A stretch of DNA of 64,000 bases from assembly GCF_006345805.1 (NCBI RefSeq), contig NC_043001.1, forward strand, positions 68,262,001 through 68,326,000, written 5' to 3'. The translations under genes and the position numbers were made by a program. The notes beneath the pieces are model-generated. The model had not been told where the DNA came from. It made no database searches and saw only the letters and a program-made list of their open reading frames with translations. Positions 63,011 through 64,000 of this stretch are shown here, piece by piece. Each line of letters begins with the position of its first letter. Within the stretch, counting starts at the first letter, position 1. The stretch is from Octopus sinensis (lineage: Eukaryota).

Positions 63011-63405
63011 TGCTTTTCTTCCGTCAACCTGTACATAACTGCACCTTCCTTTTCTCTTCTTTTTGTACTGCTTAAAGGCACGTTTCTTTCCTGCCAAACT
63101 TACTGTTTAAACCATGTTTGTGTTCTCTCAGTCAACAGTCTTATCATTACTGGTACTTCAAACTCTTTGGTTGCATATTTGTGTGAATAAAATCGTTTTC
63201 TTTGGAATAGAAAAAAAGTATATCTTTATTTCTTCTTTTGCTGGTGTCTCAAATTTAGGTTAAATCAGTGTTTCTCAAAGGGGAGGCCTATGGGACGGTC
63301 GGACAAGTTGTTTTGAGAAAATTTGGTTTAAATGTTTGACAACTCAGCACCGTCCATTGGACGGGGGGGGGCGTTCTGCTCGTATATATATATATTATAT
63401 ATATA

Positions 63406-63494
<89 letters not shown>

Positions 63495-63499
63495 TAAAC

Positions 63500-63625
63500 A
63501 GTAAAAATAATTACAGACATGGACAAGAACATGAACACCACAGAGACGACACAAGAACCACAGGACGGGACATTCGAAGCCCTCAGTCATCAGTCAAGAA
63601 CCAGATCATCTAGCAATTTCGGCTG
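63500..63625 (-). mobile_element. Short Penelope-like terminal fragment between TA arrays
   Basis: Minus strand cagccGAAAttgc...gaCTGATGActgagggc...gtcccgtcctgtgg shows the same motif order as 48016 and 62020. Confidence 0.35.
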
Positions 63626-63658
<33 letters not shown>

Positions 63659-64000
63659 GTATATATATATATAATATATATATATAATATATATATATAT
63701 GTATATATATATATGTATATATATATGTGTGTGTGCAAACATATGTATGTATGCATATGTGCTTGTGTGTTTCTATCATCAAGAACACGAACAGCGACAG
63801 CAACAGTATGAAGAAGATAAATTGAAGGAAATGTCCTTGGCCTTAGGTCTACGAGGATTAACTTCAAACTAAACAACTATAACAATACAGCTAGCAACAA
63901 CAACATGACCATTACAACCAGTGGCAGACTGGGTCTGAAAATATTGGTTGCCAAGAGACTAATGGGGCCCAGCCGCAACTACAAGGGGGCCTACCTGCAA

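Noticed and set aside
63267-63370. hAT-like left end cagtgtttctcaaa (and cagtggcagactgg near 63920)
   Set aside because: No matching right TIR or TSD inside the window

Overview
AT-rich eukaryotic window, saturated with microsatellites and containing one 100-N scaffold gap (40337-40436). The tRNA-derived SINE families and repeat content look like a coleoid cephalopod, most likely Octopus (my recognition, not a database hit). I cannot support any intact host gene; most ORF-track entries are microsatellite translations. The window holds degenerate mobile elements: two full-length irritans-like mariners, three further mariner fragments plus one rearranged copy, a Tc1 element with IR/DR ends, hAT MITEs, non-autonomous Helitrons, R4/Dong, RTE and Tx1-like LINE fragments, Penelope-like (GIY-YIG) fragments, a gag-only Gypsy/Mag LTR element nested in an R4 LINE, and more than 20 SINE copies. 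The most interesting signal is a recurring architecture of five inverted pairs of short retroelement-like 3' ends pointing outward into TA-rich DNA. Two of them carry type I hammerhead ribozyme folds, including a near-canonical one at 29299-29388. All coordinates and identities were read by eye, so edges of degenerate elements are approximate.
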